Of a DNA stretch of 64,000 nucleotides, positions 44,210 to 58,800 are shown piece by piece. Made by a program: the position numbers and the translations under genes. The DNA comes from a bacterium (GTDB lineage Bacteria; UBA8248), in NCBI GenBank assembly GCA_965213685.1, contig CBDBZY010000064.1:1312001-1376000 (forward strand). Reading direction: 5' to 3'. The notes below the pieces were generated by a model that saw only the letters and a list, made by a program, of their open reading frames with translations, was not told the origin of the DNA and searched no databases. Positions within the stretch are counted from its first letter, which is position 1. Each line of letters opens with the position of its first letter.

Positions 44210-44790
44210 TCACCTGGTGATGGTTAAGTTATTGCTATGGTGATAAATTAAAGAGGGTAGGGGAATGAATGGAAGAAAAAAACTACTTTCAGGAGCATAG
44301 AAATTGGGCCAGGACACTGTAAAATCAGTCAAAAAGCACAGAGCCATAACATCCAGACAGAAATGTGTCTTTCCACTCTTCCCTATGTACTGCCAGTGGT
44401 CGTTGACCATTCTGTCAACTTCACACTGATAACCCACCCTAATCTTGTTCTATCCAAACCTAGTTTAGTTGTTGACCAGAAACACTTCTCCATCAAGGGA
44501 GGAGCCAAGGTAGTTAGATTTACTGACTGCGAATTACAGAAATGTCTATAGTTTACCTGGTGATGGTTAAGTTATGATGACACTGATAAAGATGGAAAAA
44601 ACAAACTACCATAAGGAGCAAAAAACTTGGCTGGGAGACTGGTAATCCACTGCACCAAGCACCAAGGCATCACTCCCTAACAAAAGTTAGTCTGCCCACT
44701 CTTCTCTATGTACTGCCAGTGGTCATTGACAATCCTGTCAACCACACCAAGTCACACCGACAGACCAACCTAGTCTTGTGCAATCAGAAC
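44210..44790 (-). repeat. Head-to-tail dimer of the SINE-like repeat
   Basis: acctggtgatggttaagttat and cactctt..tatgtactgccagtggtc each occur twice, ~320-340 bp apart. Confidence 0.65.
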
Positions 44791-47700
44791 CCCATCTGAC
44801 TGTATCTCAATGCTACTGTATCAACTGTTGTGTAGGGCTAAACTGAAAGTATGGAAAACATTTTCCAAAAATGCAGAGGGATGCAGGGATGGCAGTGCAG
44901 AAACCAGGTATAGGAATGGGGCAAGACAGGTTATAAAAAGACTACACAAGCAGTCCATCCCTACATCCTTTATATACTTAAAGTTGTTTGCGAGTTTAGC
45001 TATGAGGTTACTGGGAACATCAATGTGCGGTAAAAGCAGATGTAGGGATCAGGTTGTTTGTGTAGTATTCTTGGTCCTGCAATCCCTACATCTCTCTATA
45101 TTTTGGGAAAATGTTTTTCATACTTGTTTGTGTACTTTTTTCTTGCACACTGGTACACTAAAGGAGGATGTTGTTCTTGCAAGCTTGTTCCAGAATCCAA
45201 CAAACATATCAGTGATTAGAGGCACCACAGCTACCAGTCAGTGCCAGATATATGGGGGGTAAGGCTGCCTAAAAACCCTGTCATCAGTCAGTTTCGAAGT
45301 TGGGAGGCCGATGTCTTCTAACATTTCTGAGCTAGAGTAGTTTCCTCACTGTATCTGACTCGCAAACTCATACTGGTTGTACAATTGTACAGTGAAGTAA
45401 GATCCTGCTCGAACATTCCTTTCAGAGACAAAACAGCGAGTAGCCTTTGCTATGTCAAGAATTAATAGGTGTGGCTTTGTGAGGCCAGCCCCTCACGTGC
45501 TTACAATTTGTGTAATGTGACAATTATTAGAAAATGGCTTCCAAATATGGTGAAGTTGTCTGGGGCTTCTAGTTTCTGCCTATAGTAGAGAAGATACTAA
45601 AATTTTGTTAGTGCAGATCATACTTAGCGGTGATTACAGTGGAACTGTCAAAGAACTACAGCCAGTTTCGAGTAAAGTCCTTTGAAAAAATCTCATAAGA
45701 AGGAGAAGAATAGAAAATAAAATCTAATCCCTTACCTTTCAGCCATTATCCAGCATAGGTCAAGGAATGCATTTTAGCTACTTGTAGAGTATCGTTGGGT
45801 AGAGAAGTAGTGGAATAGACCATTCACATGCCAAGAAAAGCTTAAAACGTGAGTTAAGAAGGCTTTCCAATGTATGCGCACTATGGGCATGTTAGCGCCA
45901 TCCCTACATAGAGTGTCTACTGACTCTGATAGGACTTGCGGACATAAGGAAAACAGTATGAATAGGCATGGTGTCACAGGGCCAGCCCGAAATGGTTTCT
46001 AAGTGTGGGGGATGTTTGGGGCTCCTACTTTCTGCTCACCAGGATTTGGAATGGTACAAATATGTGGTAGAGATTGCAGTGGATTTGTCCGAAAACTATG
46101 GTGATTACTTTTGCCAGTTTTGAGAAATGCTGTTGAAGAACGTGGAGGTACTCAGAAGTGGAAATGACATGGTAACTGTTGAAGTGTAGGTTTGCAATAG
46201 CCGATGCACAGAGTCAGTGAAACTGTGATATACTGTACGTATGTGCTTCAGAGAGCACATAAAGTACCCTGAGGGCACATAATTATATGTATTCCCAAGG
46301 GTGTAGCCTGAGGGAATACGTATAAGTGATAGAAGGGTACCCTACACCTGCAGAATCCCATGGTATGACTTACTTGTACCATGATGCATCCTAATTGCTG
46401 TTTATGACATTAAATATTGTCAATAGTTATGACAAGAACACCAAGGTTGCCATGGTAGCCTATACACCTCAGTCACTTACGTCTAGACGCACCAACAGCT
46501 TTGACAAGGACAGATTTTGAACAATTCGGTTGCCATGGCAGCCATTTACCCTATGGATATACCCTGGAGTAGGGTGTTCTACCCTGTGGCAATGTCTTTG
46601 ACCCTCTGTGCATCTCTATATCGGAAAGTCGGTAGACTGTCTATGTAGGGATGGTGCCAACACACCCATAGTGTCTGTACACATAAATGTCCCTAGCACT
46701 AAAGTTATACACCTTTCTAGGTACCTAACTATCTTATTCCAGCATTTCTCCACCTAATTACACCCCCTAAGTAGCTAAAACACAACACTAGACTTACCAA
46801 TCAGTAACATATCTATCCGATTCGACTGTGTATAGAAGATGAAGTTCTAGCACTGCGTATACGAAGGTGGACGCCTTTTTGTGACAGTTCCACAGGTGAT
46901 ATTGTTTGTGATGTAAGCAACTTATGTACATGCTAGACCCCCTCCTTCCGCAACGCGGGCACGCGGCTGCAGTCTAGCAAATCTTGCACTTGATCGCGTT
47001 TCTCAGGAATCTAATTTGCCCATATTTAACCCTTTAATTACGATAGTGCCTAAGGCATTTTCCCGCAAAATTACGATAACCGTACCTTTAGGCATGGTTT
47101 TCAAGGTATACCTACGTCGTATAAGGAAGCGTGTTTGGCGATAAAACTTCTCTAAAACTATGCAGTCTAAATGACTATTTCGTAGCGTTAGGTACCGCTT
47201 CGATAGGGAAGAAGTTAAAAGAGGGGGCGTGAACTTCGTTATTCGCGAGTGCTGACTCAGCATCATTGTTCGAGAAGCGGCACTGTTACGGCGTTTGTAT
47301 TGCTATACCGTGCGTCCTTACTTCAGGAAGCTTTAGACACATCGCTATGACGTTGCTAGAAGTTTCAGAGCTGCTTCATACACGTAGCCACTGCTAAAGC
47401 CTAATTGACATAATCCAATTGACCGCTTACCGTAGTACGGGAGGCTAATAAATTTAACCATTCCGGATATAAAGAGCTATCACACCCACACAGTACTTAA
47501 GCACTACTGCAAAGCTATGAATATAGTTGGGACACATCACACCTGTGCAATCTGATTGGTCAGCTGAAACGCAATCAAGTGCTAGACCCTCTCCCCGCGC
47601 GCGGCTTTGCCGCGCGCCTAGCGGAAGGAGAGGGTCTAGCGTGCTAGACTACTTAATGTACTCTAGTTCCTGTACAGCATCTTTCTGCTTACGAGTTGTT

Positions 47701-48157
47701 CATTCTTCTTTCTCTACCTGTCTGTTGATAAGACGCGTGCACCGTCTATTGGACCTATTGGCGGATGCATTAATAGCGAGGCCCGTTAGCGAACCTACCA
47801 TTCCAGCTTTCTATTTTCTCGATCACTAGAATTCCCTGGCAGAGGCTACCATAGTCACTGATTTGTGTCTGAAAGGAATGTGTTCGAGCAGCATATTACG
47901 TCACTGTACTATTTTAAAACAAACGTCAATGTAACTGGTAGCCAGTCAGACACATTGAGGTAGCTATTCTAGCTCAGGGTTTTTGGAGCCCCCAACTTCA
48001 TAAGTGATGATGGTGTTCATGTCCTTCCCTACACTCACATTTCTGTCCCTGACTGGTAGATGATCATTGATCAATATTTCTGAAAGCAGCTTGCAAGAAC
48101 AGTATCCACAACAAAATGAAAAGCACTAAAGTGCAAACCCTCAGCACAGTTTCATTG

Positions 48158-48253
48158 TAGCCTTGTTACTCAGACCCTTTCCTCGAACGGATATAATGAT
48201 CACGTCACACATGATGACTATCTGTTCAAGGAAAGGGTCTGGGGACGAGATTA
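48158..48253. mobile_element. Academ-like mini hairpin (related short TAG..CTA elements at ~36059, ~47580-47650, ~51297-51382, ~61953)
   Basis: TAGCCTTGTTACTCAGACCCTTTCCTCGAAC ... GTTCAAGGAAAGGGTCTGGGGACGAGATTA. Confidence 0.55.
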
Positions 48254-49419
48254 GTTGCACTACATGCTACCTCAGCCTGCACAGATGATGCAAGTACTGT
48301 TGGTTTAAGTCCACTCAATTGGGCTATAGTCTAGTGTCCTGCCTTGTCCTGCATGTTGTAGGGTCTGTGCACGTATGCGTGTGCACATACATGCACTTTA
48401 GCCATGTATACACATGCGCCTACGCTGGACCATTATCGCACTAGCTTTACGGACATGAAATGAAGAGGTATATGAAACATTGCAAGGTGAACAAAATGGC
48501 AGACTTGAGCTAGCTCTGTCCCAGGTAAGCTTATAATGCTTCTAACTTTATAACAAAGCAGTTTTAGAGAAAACGCCTTTTCCTTTTTGTGAAAATTGTG
48601 CCACTCAAGCCGCTAGTGCCTTCGGTTAGACGTCTACTAATGCCAGTCTGCAGATTAGCTCCCGTGGACAGAAACACACGCACAGACACACAGGACAACT
48701 GCAGTAACCCTCTGGTGCATGCGCGCCAAGGGTTAAAAAGCACACAAACAAGTACAAAGAATAATTTTCCAAAACTGTAGAGGGATGTAGGGATGGCAGT
48801 GCCAAAAATAACAGGAACTTCCTAGGTATAAGGATGGCAGTGTCCAGGCAAGACTGGGCATACAAACACTACGCAAGTAATGGCATCCCTACATCTTTTT
48901 TTGAATGTGGCAGTCCTTGCTCTGAAATTACAGGGAACAATCTTGCACAGGAAAAGAAGTTGTAGGGATGGGTTACTGGTGTAGTGCTTGTATGCCCTGT
49001 CCTGCCTGGACACTGCCTTCCCTATACCTAGTTTCTGTGGTTTTTGACACTGCCATCCTTTACATCCTCTACATCCCTCTAGGTATTTTAAAACTATATA
49101 CTTGTTTTTTAGAGCACGGCTACTCTGAATAGACCCCTTGCAGTGACGTCATTTCACACGTAATTTTGTTAGCAACGGTTGCTATCCGCTATGTTGGCAC
49201 ACATACAGTGTAGTAAACATGCTTCGTGGGTACTCGTGGACGATAGTAGATGCTGAATTGAGGAAGAGATATGTAGACAAACTTCAGATAGTCAATGGTA
49301 TTGACCTGTATGAATTGGAAAGAAGCGATAATATCAGCCTATTGCAGCCAGCAACTATGCCACTTCAAGTTTGCCAGTATCTGATTTTATCTGATTGTGT
49401 CTCCCAGCCCCTAAACGAA

Positions 49420-51427
49420 CAAGGCCGTAGGAGCTGCAGCGGCCAGGGTGGCCATGGCCGCTACACTTTTTTGCAGCTCATTAAATATTCATTACCACTT
49501 TTGGTGGCATGGGCGTGGCCACGAGTCTGCGAACAGTAAACTTAACTATTGCGCTATCAGTGCTCAGGCTAATATCTCCCACAATTGGTCATCATCCTCA
49601 CCAACCGCACGAATTCAAGTTCCCCAAAAGAGAATTCAGTCAGCAAACGAAAGTGAAGGTTCGTGGTTCAACAATGGAGTTGGCTGAAACTGGCTCAAAA
49701 TCCACCTGAAAATTTAAAACCTTTTTGCATGCCCCCAGACCCCCCTAGTAAGTGTGTGCGAAGCACGCACATTATACAGTGCTCCACGCAAAGAGACCGA
49801 AAACCACATTTTTGAAGTTTATGTAAGTTTACTGAATCATGCTATAGGCTAGTGGGACAAACTATATATCAAAATAATCCCCCTTCATCAGGGAGTAATT
49901 GAGTGTAATGGCATTCTGTCATGTGACAGTCACGTGAACAAAATGGCGGTGAAAGCAACACGATTTTGAAAAATGTTAGGCTGATTATTTGTGCAAATGT
50001 ACGAGTTAAGATCTGAAAATGCAACATAACACTTCTACCCTAAGGGGTTATATGTGGACCCACTATCATGAAGCAAATCCCAACTGTTTCCCTACAGTGA
50101 AAGAAAACGATGGTTTTTGAGGGCCTCTTCCGTTAGGCTCAGGAAATGCGCAGGTTTTGTAGCTAAGCTTTGAAACTTTGCATGCAACGTCCTCAGTCCT
50201 CATATTTTCATCACATACTCACCTCCGGTAGTACCCTCAAAGCTTATCTCTGCAAGCGAGCCTAACCTACCAGAGCATCACATTTCGGCGGCCATCTTGC
50301 CCATTCGGGACGTGTACACTTTTCAATGCAATCCTGGTGACGTTTCATTATTGCACGTGCTGGTTACGAGGTTGATATTGCGTGTGCGGTTGTGTCGACG
50401 AGCAGAGGATGGCCTAGTGCCAGTGAGCTTCCCTCGCTTCTTTTGTGGCACAGGTCAGAGGCGTCATGTTCTATGGGCTGCAGTTGTATGAGGCTAGGCA
50501 GGGAGAGAATGTTGCGCTGGTTAGGAGGCCTAACAACCGTATGACAGCAACTGTTTGGAAGTGAGACTGGTGCGCAGTTGAATGTCCTTTGTGCTGGGTC
50601 ACCTGGCAGTGGAAGTTGCTGTGCACCTGTCTCCGTTGCTGTGTGATGCTTCTCCATGTGAGGTGGAATGTTACACATTCTGGAGATCATGACCTTCTGT
50701 GACATCACGTTCACCACTTTGAAATCTACACACTTAATGTAGGGTCTCAAAAATGGCCGCCAAAAGTAGCATTTTGGTACAGAAGGCTTGCTTGCGGAGA
50801 TACACTTCAAGGGTACTATTGGAGGTGAGTATGCGATGAAAATATGAGGACTTAGGATGTTCCATGTGAAGTTTCGAAGCTTAACTACAAAACCTGCGCA
50901 TTTCCTGAGCCTAACGGAAGAGGCCCTCAAAAACCATCGTTTCTTTCACTGTAGGAAAATAGTTGGGATAGTGGGTCCACACATAGCCCCTTGGGGTAGA
51001 AGTGTTATGTTGCATTTTCAGATCTTACCTCGTACATTTGCACAAATAATCCGCCTAACTTATTTTTCAAAATCGTGTTGCTTTCACTGCCATTTTGTTC
51101 ACATGATTGTCACATGACAGAATGCCATTACACTCAATTACTCCCTGATGATGGGGGATTATTTTGATATATAGTTTGTCCCACTAGCATATAGCATGAT
51201 TCAGTAAATTCACAAAAACTTCAAAAATGTGGTTTTCGGTCTCTTTGCGTGGAGCACTGTACACAATCATAATATTATTTGAATATGCCGCTAATGTAGC
51301 CTCGTTCCCCGGTTCGATTTTGATTCTTGTGTAGTCAAACGGCATGCACATGCCCTAGAGGGCAGAGTGTGGGAATGAGGCTGTCGCTAATGGCCTCTCC
51401 ACTTTTTACTTGCTTCCTACGGGCCTG
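49420..51427. mobile_element. MITE-like element (CAGGCCCGTAGG-type ends) nested in the ISL2EU derivative
   Basis: CAAGGCCGTAGGAG ... CTTCCTACGGGCCTG; TSD not clear. Confidence 0.55.
49777..51259. mobile_element. Long-TIR (~520 bp) element with TA TSD; fragments at ~22690-22865, ~52010-52772, ~53130-53820
   Basis: TA|CAGTGCTCCACGCAAAGAGACCGAAAACCAC ... GTGGTTTTCGGTCTCTTTGCGTGGAGCACTG|TA; arms ~49777-50297 and ~50750-51259. Confidence 0.9.
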
Positions 51428-54400
51428 ATGAAGGCAGATCTACTAAAGTACAAGAGTTTCTTCTTCTCTTCTCATTGTAGAGCTCTCTCTTAACGACCTT
51501 CAGCTATCACTGTTGTACCCTCAGGTGCTCCGCCTAGCCGCTTCGATGGTGCCCAGTTCACAGGGTTGTTAGTAATAGTATCATACAAGGAGCTAGGTTT
51601 CCCTATTGAGATAAACATGCATATTTATCTGTAGGACATGCACTTGTATTTTACTTACCTAATACAAATTACGAGAGCATACCCTTTTGCGGCCCTAAGT
51701 CCTGCCTGTGAATTAGATATTTCGCCGCTGCTGGCTCAGCTTACAAGTTCCTTTGCCCTGATTGTGTACGACTGCAGGCAGACAGTACCCTTTATCCCGG
51801 TTGGACCTGCTCCCGCAGCTAACGACGGCCCAAAGTTAACCATATTTACAGCCACTCCCACTCGTGTAGCAACCGGATTGTCCTCCAAGATGGCCGACAC
51901 GTATTACGTAATTCATTGATGACGTCAATGCAAGGAGTCTATAACAAACCTCTAGGTATTTTGAAAACTATTATACTTGTTTTTAAGAGCACGGCTACTC
52001 CGAATAGCAAACTTTGCTGGCAACATCTAAAGTCCTCACATTTTCATCGCATGCTTACTTACTTTAGCGGTCTAGAAGTATATCCCCGTGAACGCGCCTT
52101 CTCCGCGAGAGCGCTACCTATCGGCGGCCATTTTCTAGACGTTACATTGGCTCCATACATTTCATTGTAGTGAATGCAACGTCACGGAACGTATTGTTAT
52201 AACCTTTGACCTCGGGTTTTCCGCTTTCTCCTCCGTTTTTTACGTCATGTAACGTCATCGGCGTAACGTTGTGGCGCAGTAAACGTCATCCATGGGCAAG
52301 ATGGCCGCCGAAAAGTAGCGCTCTCACGAAGATGGCGCGCTCGCGGGGATTATTGTGCGATGAAAATATAAGGACTTAAGATGTTGCCTGCAAAGTTTGG
52401 AAGCTTAACTACATTAACTGTGCATTTCCCGAGCCTAATGGCAAAGGTCCTCAAAAACCACTGTTGTCTTCTGCTGTGCAATAGTTGAGGTTTGCTTCGT
52501 GAAAGTGAGTTCACATATACCCCCCAGTATGAGTGTTTTTCTGCATTTTCAGATCTTAACTCGTACGCGTGCACAAATAATCAGCCTAACTTTTCACTGC
52601 CATTTTGTTCACGTGACTGTCACATGACGGAGTGATATTATAATCAGATTATTCCCTGATGATGGAAGATTAACTTGGTATAGAGTGTGACCCACTAGCA
52701 TATACCCTGAGAGAGTGAAATCACAAAAACTTCAAAAGTGTGGTTTTCGGTTTCTTCATGTGGAGCACTGTACTGTAACTACTTATGCAATGAAAATACA
52801 AGATTTATTGCACAAGGCCCAAGGGTGCAGCCCAAGGGCCGAGTGCAATAGAATCTGATACATCCTGAGTGGGCGTGTCATAATTAGCTTGTTGCAACTG
52901 CCTGCATTTCCATTTTAAAGCGGTTTGAACTGGATGAAGGCAGTTGAAACCATTTCCTCAGGTGGTGCTTCTTTGGCTTTGGCCAGTTATTGCACAGGTC
53001 ATGCCAGTTATTGCACGCTTGAAGCCAGTACTAGGCGCCAGAAAGTGCACTAGTCGATTTAACATCCTGGCGGCACCTTTGATGTACACACGCAGTATGC
53101 AAACTTAATCAACTTAATCTGATCATCAGGATACATTCTATCATGTGACAATCACGTGAACAAAACGACGGTGAGGTATATAAAAACTTTAGCAAATGTA
53201 CGAGTTAATATTAGAAAATGCAATAAAACACTTATAGCCTCGGGAGCTATATGTGAACTCACTTTCACGAAGCAAATCTCAACTATTTCTGCACGACAAA
53301 AGAAAATTTAAGACAGTGATATCTGAGGACCTCTGCCTTTAGGAGAAGGAAATGCACAGTTCTTGTAGTTAACCTCCAGACTTCACATGCAGCATCTTAA
53401 GTTCTTGCATTTTCATTGCATAAGTAGTCACAGTAGCAGTCCAGAAGTATATCCCCGCAAGTGTGCCATCTTCTTGAGAGCACTACTTTCCGGTGGCCAT
53501 ATTGCCCATGGATGACGTTTACTGCTCCACAATGTAATACTGATGATGTTACATGACGTAAAAAATGAAGGAAAACCCTAGAGTATGTTCCGTGACATTC
53601 ACCGCAATGAAACAAATGTATCATCATGAAAAGGGCTGCTGAAAGGTAGTGCTCTCACAGAGAAAGCATGTTCACGGGGATAGACCACTACAATAAGTAA
53701 GCATGCAATGAAAATATAAGGACTTTAGATGTTGCGTGCAAAGTTTGGAGGCAAGTGCAAACTTCAAACTGCATTTCTGCATAAAGTGTGGTTTTCTGAC
53801 TCTGTGTGGAGCACTGCAATAGCATACAAAGGACATCTACATGTACTTTCACAGATACACAATGACACATACAGAAAAATAATTGTACACTGTGCCATAT
53901 ACTCGCATCATCAGAGTACAGTATAATAGGCAGCACTTTTAGTGATATTAACATACTCACATGTATATCCATGCTCCACATAGTGACATTTCTGAATACT
54001 TGGCAATGAAAACATTTTCAGCACCCTTGAAATTGTACACACTCCATAGTGTTACACAGGTATATATACATGTACTGGTAAGAGGATTCATAGTAGGGAA
54101 CTGTACATCATTTCCAAAGCAATCAAGTTTTAGACCAAATTCTCATTTGTCCTTTTAACTTAGAGTGAATTATTGCAAAACTCAAGGTCAGGAAATAATT
54201 GTAAGTATAGCCATATGTACATGTATGTACATATGTACATAGCTACATGTAGATCAATACCCACTCATGTTGCAGCGTACTATACTAGTGTAGTTCTTTG
54301 TAAGTATACTGTATGTTACAATGAGAACAAAATGAAAGAGTGGATGGGTTTTCGAACTCACCATGGCATCTAAAACTAACCTGTTCATCAATAGTAGGAA

Positions 54401-55808
54401 ATGTCCAAGAGTGCCACTTTGATCCATAAAGATGGCTTCTGAAGGGTTGGTTGTATAGCAAAATAATTATATACATGGTAAAACCCCACCAGTGGTCCAG
54501 CACAACATTATGATGCATATGCAAACCTTGTCTTTCAGATTGTGATTGGAAATGGTGCATATTTCACACCCATTATAATTTTGTCAGATGTGAAGTTTCC
54601 GCGAGAAACATTCCTCCAATTAGAGCACATGATGTAAAGAAAGGTGTCACAGGAAATGTTGTTGTCCAGAAATTCTGTTGCCACTACAAATTTACTAGAG
54701 AATCCTATCACTCTATTTCAGCTTAGTGACCATACGTATTTCCTAAGAAAACATGCTGCATCACGAAAAAATTGCCACTGCAGTAGCCCTAAGGTTGCAT
54801 CTAGTGCAAGAGGAAGGAAGAAATTTATAGGTGTGGCTTCATGAGGCCAGCATGAGAGCAGCCCTCTCTAGTCTTGACTCAACCAGAGGAGGTGGGACAT
54901 TACATAATTCAACATGACATCACATGACCATGCACGTAATCTGTGATGAAAATAATTGCATGCTTTCGAGTTCAAAGTACATATTAGGCATACCTATGTG
55001 AGCCTGCACCTGGGTTGCTACAGTGTAGGAGCAGTCAAGCTCTCACTCAAGGATTGTGCTGTTGATTCTGCCCTAGTCACTCTTAGTCACCCTAAGCATA
55101 TTACCGATCATGGAAGGGAATGGCAGACTAGCAATTAAGGGTATATCTCTTCAGCAACCTAGGGATTGGGCGGAGTTCGAACAACATTTGGATTCAGCCC
55201 ATGATCTATTGAATGAGATGCCTATCATGCACACTTTTGCTACAAAAACATATAGCCGACCTGTAGCGAGAGCATGGTGTGTGAGAGAAACTGTGCATTA
55301 CAAGTATATACATGATGGCTGTTGCAGCTTCGAGTTGTCAACCACAAAGCGAATGCATGCCACGTACTTTTGGTGTAAATATTATTCCTATGAAGGTGTA
55401 GCTCCCACGTACACACACATTGATGGCATGAAGAAGTAGCAAGTAGATAGTGACCATTGCAGCTTCAAGCAGACAACCAGCAAGCTCATGCAACAGAGAA
55501 TGTGTAGGTTTAGTGTATGCGTACTTCAATGAACGCACTCAACGGATGTATGCACCCTCCTCTGTACATACGCAAGAAGCATTGACAGCATGAAGGTAGG
55601 GGCAAGTAGCAAGTAGATGGTGGCTGTTGCAGCTAGCTAGCTGTAGCAGCTATCACCTACCTGCTGGTTGTCCCTGCCTTCAAGTGAACTTGTGCTAACA
55701 TGCTACAAATATGCGTCAGTATGGATTGTACTCTTCTGAATGTGTAATGTCAATGCCACATGTGGTTCATGCATAACACTGTGAGCATATATACATCAAC
55801 TAACTCAC

Positions 55809-58800
55809 TGATAGTGTAGTGATTCCGCACTATTAATCCTTCTAGGAACACTAATTCTTTGTGGGAATGCTGAGGCCTTGGGCACTACAAAATGTGATTT
55901 GGAACACCTTTGCTGAGACACCAATACACACATCATACAAACCAACTAACATTGTGCTGAAGGCATTGATGTTCTTCTGTGTCCACTTGGTGCTGTGAGA
56001 GTAGTGTATTTTAGTCTGTATAATAGTAACACATGTTGACATACCAGTTTACCTTCTTCCTTAGCTGATCTTTCATCCTACACAAAAGTGAAGTTCACCC
56101 TTACACAAAGTACACATTTTACACTTTTACTAATCACCTTTCCACCATCAGGTTGTAAACCATTTCTCAGCTTGGCAAGATACTCCTTTTGTCTCTGAAT
56201 CTCCATCTTCTCATGTTCTAATCTGTTTTTAAGGCAATAGGTACATGTATTAGGATGAACAGGAGCCCATAAGCACCGCAAAGTGGTGCCACTTTGCGGT
56301 GCTTATGGGCTCCCGGTATGAACAACTGTGTTCCTGTGATAGTTTGTGAGTATCATTGTAAATCATGTTCTTCTTGTTGCTACCACTGATAATAGAAGGT
56401 GGGCCTAAACTAAAAAGCACATGCTAGCTGAGCTTTAAATACATGTTACTAGACACTACGTAGCACAGATATTAGGCACCCAAATGTCCCAGCATAGGTA
56501 CATCTAAACAGATGCGCAAAAACAACCACTTCACACAAAGTTTGAACATTCTCTACAAACTCTGCCAATATGGTATGCAGAGTGATTGACACTAGTATCA
56601 CATAAACATGAGTACCCATTATTAAGTTATGCAGAGGTGTACGGTACAGAATTTGCTAACCTGCCATGGCAACCACAATAAAGTTTTGCAGAGACTAGTT
56701 TTTCCTTTCACACACATACACATAACATAACATAACACTGCTGGAAACAGATAATAAGCATAAGCAAAGAGGTTTGGTGTATGCCTTCACACTGGCATAC
56801 AAGTAAGGTATAATGCATTTACAATGTTATTTCACTCTCAGTCATTGTGGTTTGCCGAGTACCTTGGTACAATTGGATAGTTGATAGTACTTGGTCGTCT
56901 GAGTGTTTGAGTAAGGTGTTAGGCCAAAAACACCTCAGAAGGATGTTGACTAGACCTAAGGATCCAGTTGCTCTGAACTTGTGAGCTAGTATCATGCACA
57001 GGATACTTTGTGAGTATTGTACAAAGGCTTAAAAAGGACAGTCTGGAAGATTTCTGTCATGCAGATTGAAGGAGCACAAATGTGCAGTATGAATTGGTGA
57101 CATGAACACCTCAGCCATAGCTGAACATGCATGGCAGGCAAAACAACACATCAATTGTTTATCAGCAGAGGTGTTGGACTCAGAACGATTTTTGTCTTCA
57201 CAATTATTGGAATCATGGTATACTAATTATACATCCACTGATAGCCCAATCCTGAGATTGTGGCTTGCTACCAATGAAGTATCACTCTCTCATCAAGAAT
57301 ATGTAGCTCTAAAATTATCAGTAAGTACTTTTTGGTGTTCTCTCCATTTCAGACGTCTGAATAGACACAAAAACACTGGAGAGTACTATGTTCATTACTA
57401 CAGCTAGCAAACAAGAGGAACTATCTACACATTACCTAGCCACACAGGCTTATACTAGATCTGAATCATTATCTGTTTCCAGCAGTGTTCGTCAAGGTTG
57501 TGTGCTGTCTCATGTATTGTGCTGTTTGCTGTGTATTTGCCCATTTGGATGTAGACCTGATCATAACAGTGTTGAGTATTGCTGGGGAGTTATTGCCAAG
57601 CGCCATACCATGAGGGATCCAATTTCGCAGCACTATTTGTATGTGTGTATGCTTGTAAGTATGCTTTTCTGCACATGTGCCTGTATGTAATACTGAAATT
57701 AATGTGTTGCAGGAAACTAAGTAACGAAAGTCATCATTTCCATAGTACATACCTCTTTTTTTCTAACTCCAGTTTTGCAAGTTTCACTTCATACTCTGTT
57801 GCAGTTTCTTTTTTGAGACGTTCTTGTTCCTAAACAATGACGTGTGAAGTTAAAAGTACATGATCAAATGTAGTGACATACTCACCTTCAGCAGAGCTTG
57901 TTTGAATTCTTCTGAGTCAGCTATTTTCTGATCACCACCATGCAGGAGCTGTGCATTATTACATAGTCAGTACAGGCTTTTTCTATTTGTACAATGAATC
58001 ATTCTCACATATGGACATGTATGTGCAAGTTACCATGTTCTCTAGCTGTTGTATTCTAGACAATAGTTTTTCCTTGTCTGCCTTTGCTTCAGTGACAATC
58101 TTCTCTTGAATCTCCAGCTTTGACTTCACTTCATCCTACATTTCACAAAAGCAAAATACACCTGATAGTGCAAATGATGTACATTCAGTGGCCTAGAGGG
58201 AATCTGCAGACTGAAAATACTTGCACACAGTCAATTGTACTAATAATCACTAGAGATCACATACCCCAATAGTCTGGCACACCTACATCTACAAGTACAG
58301 TCATGTGCAGCTCTGTTTCAGGTTTGTACTCAGACCCAGCAAGGGGTAGGGGGTAGTTGTACACATGCAACAAGTTTAGACCTACATGTACCCTATAGTG
58401 TGTGATATTGTAATGGTCATCCTTTTGCTAACTAGGAAAAGAAACATGGAATGGAACACTTGCTTGCTGTAACATGTGTGTACAAACATTGATTGTACCA
58501 TAAATAACCTGCTACTATCAAAGATATGCATACAATGCACACATATATGTATACTAGGCTGACCCTTTTAAGGGCAATTATGCAAACACAATCCTGGTGC
58601 CACAACAAAATGGGGCTAGTTCTCTGGTGTACGTACCTATGTATGTAAATAACGGTGTACCTACATATGTACATAATGGGCTCGGGGGATAAAAATCAAA
58701 CAAAATACAGGACCTTTTCCCTCTGAGCTTCTAGTCTCTCTCTTTGAAGTTGCTGGAGTTCAGGATTTGAATCTTTAGTCCTAAAGGTCATGAGTAAAAT

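Larger units (their letters stand above)
49131..51940. mobile_element. ISL2EU deletion derivative hosting nested insertions
   Basis: AT|AGACCCCTTGCAGTGACGTCA ... TGACGTCAATGCAAGGAGTCT|AT. On + from 49219: LRKRYVDKLQIVNGIDLYEL (accessory-ORF N-terminus). On - from 51843: a THAP remnant ending GKPSSLYD..NWAPS. Confidence 0.75.

Noticed and set aside
47026-47465. piggyBac-like element (TTAA CCCTTT start)
   Set aside because: No convincing matching right TIR; the TTAAAGGGG end at ~9117 is likewise unpaired
50364-50930. 188-aa ORF
   Set aside because: It runs through the TIR arm of a non-autonomous element and has no recognisable motif
53850-55740. Further kinesin tail exons
   Set aside because: Several splice-compatible candidates exist but I could not fix a unique phase-consistent path, so they are left out of the CDS
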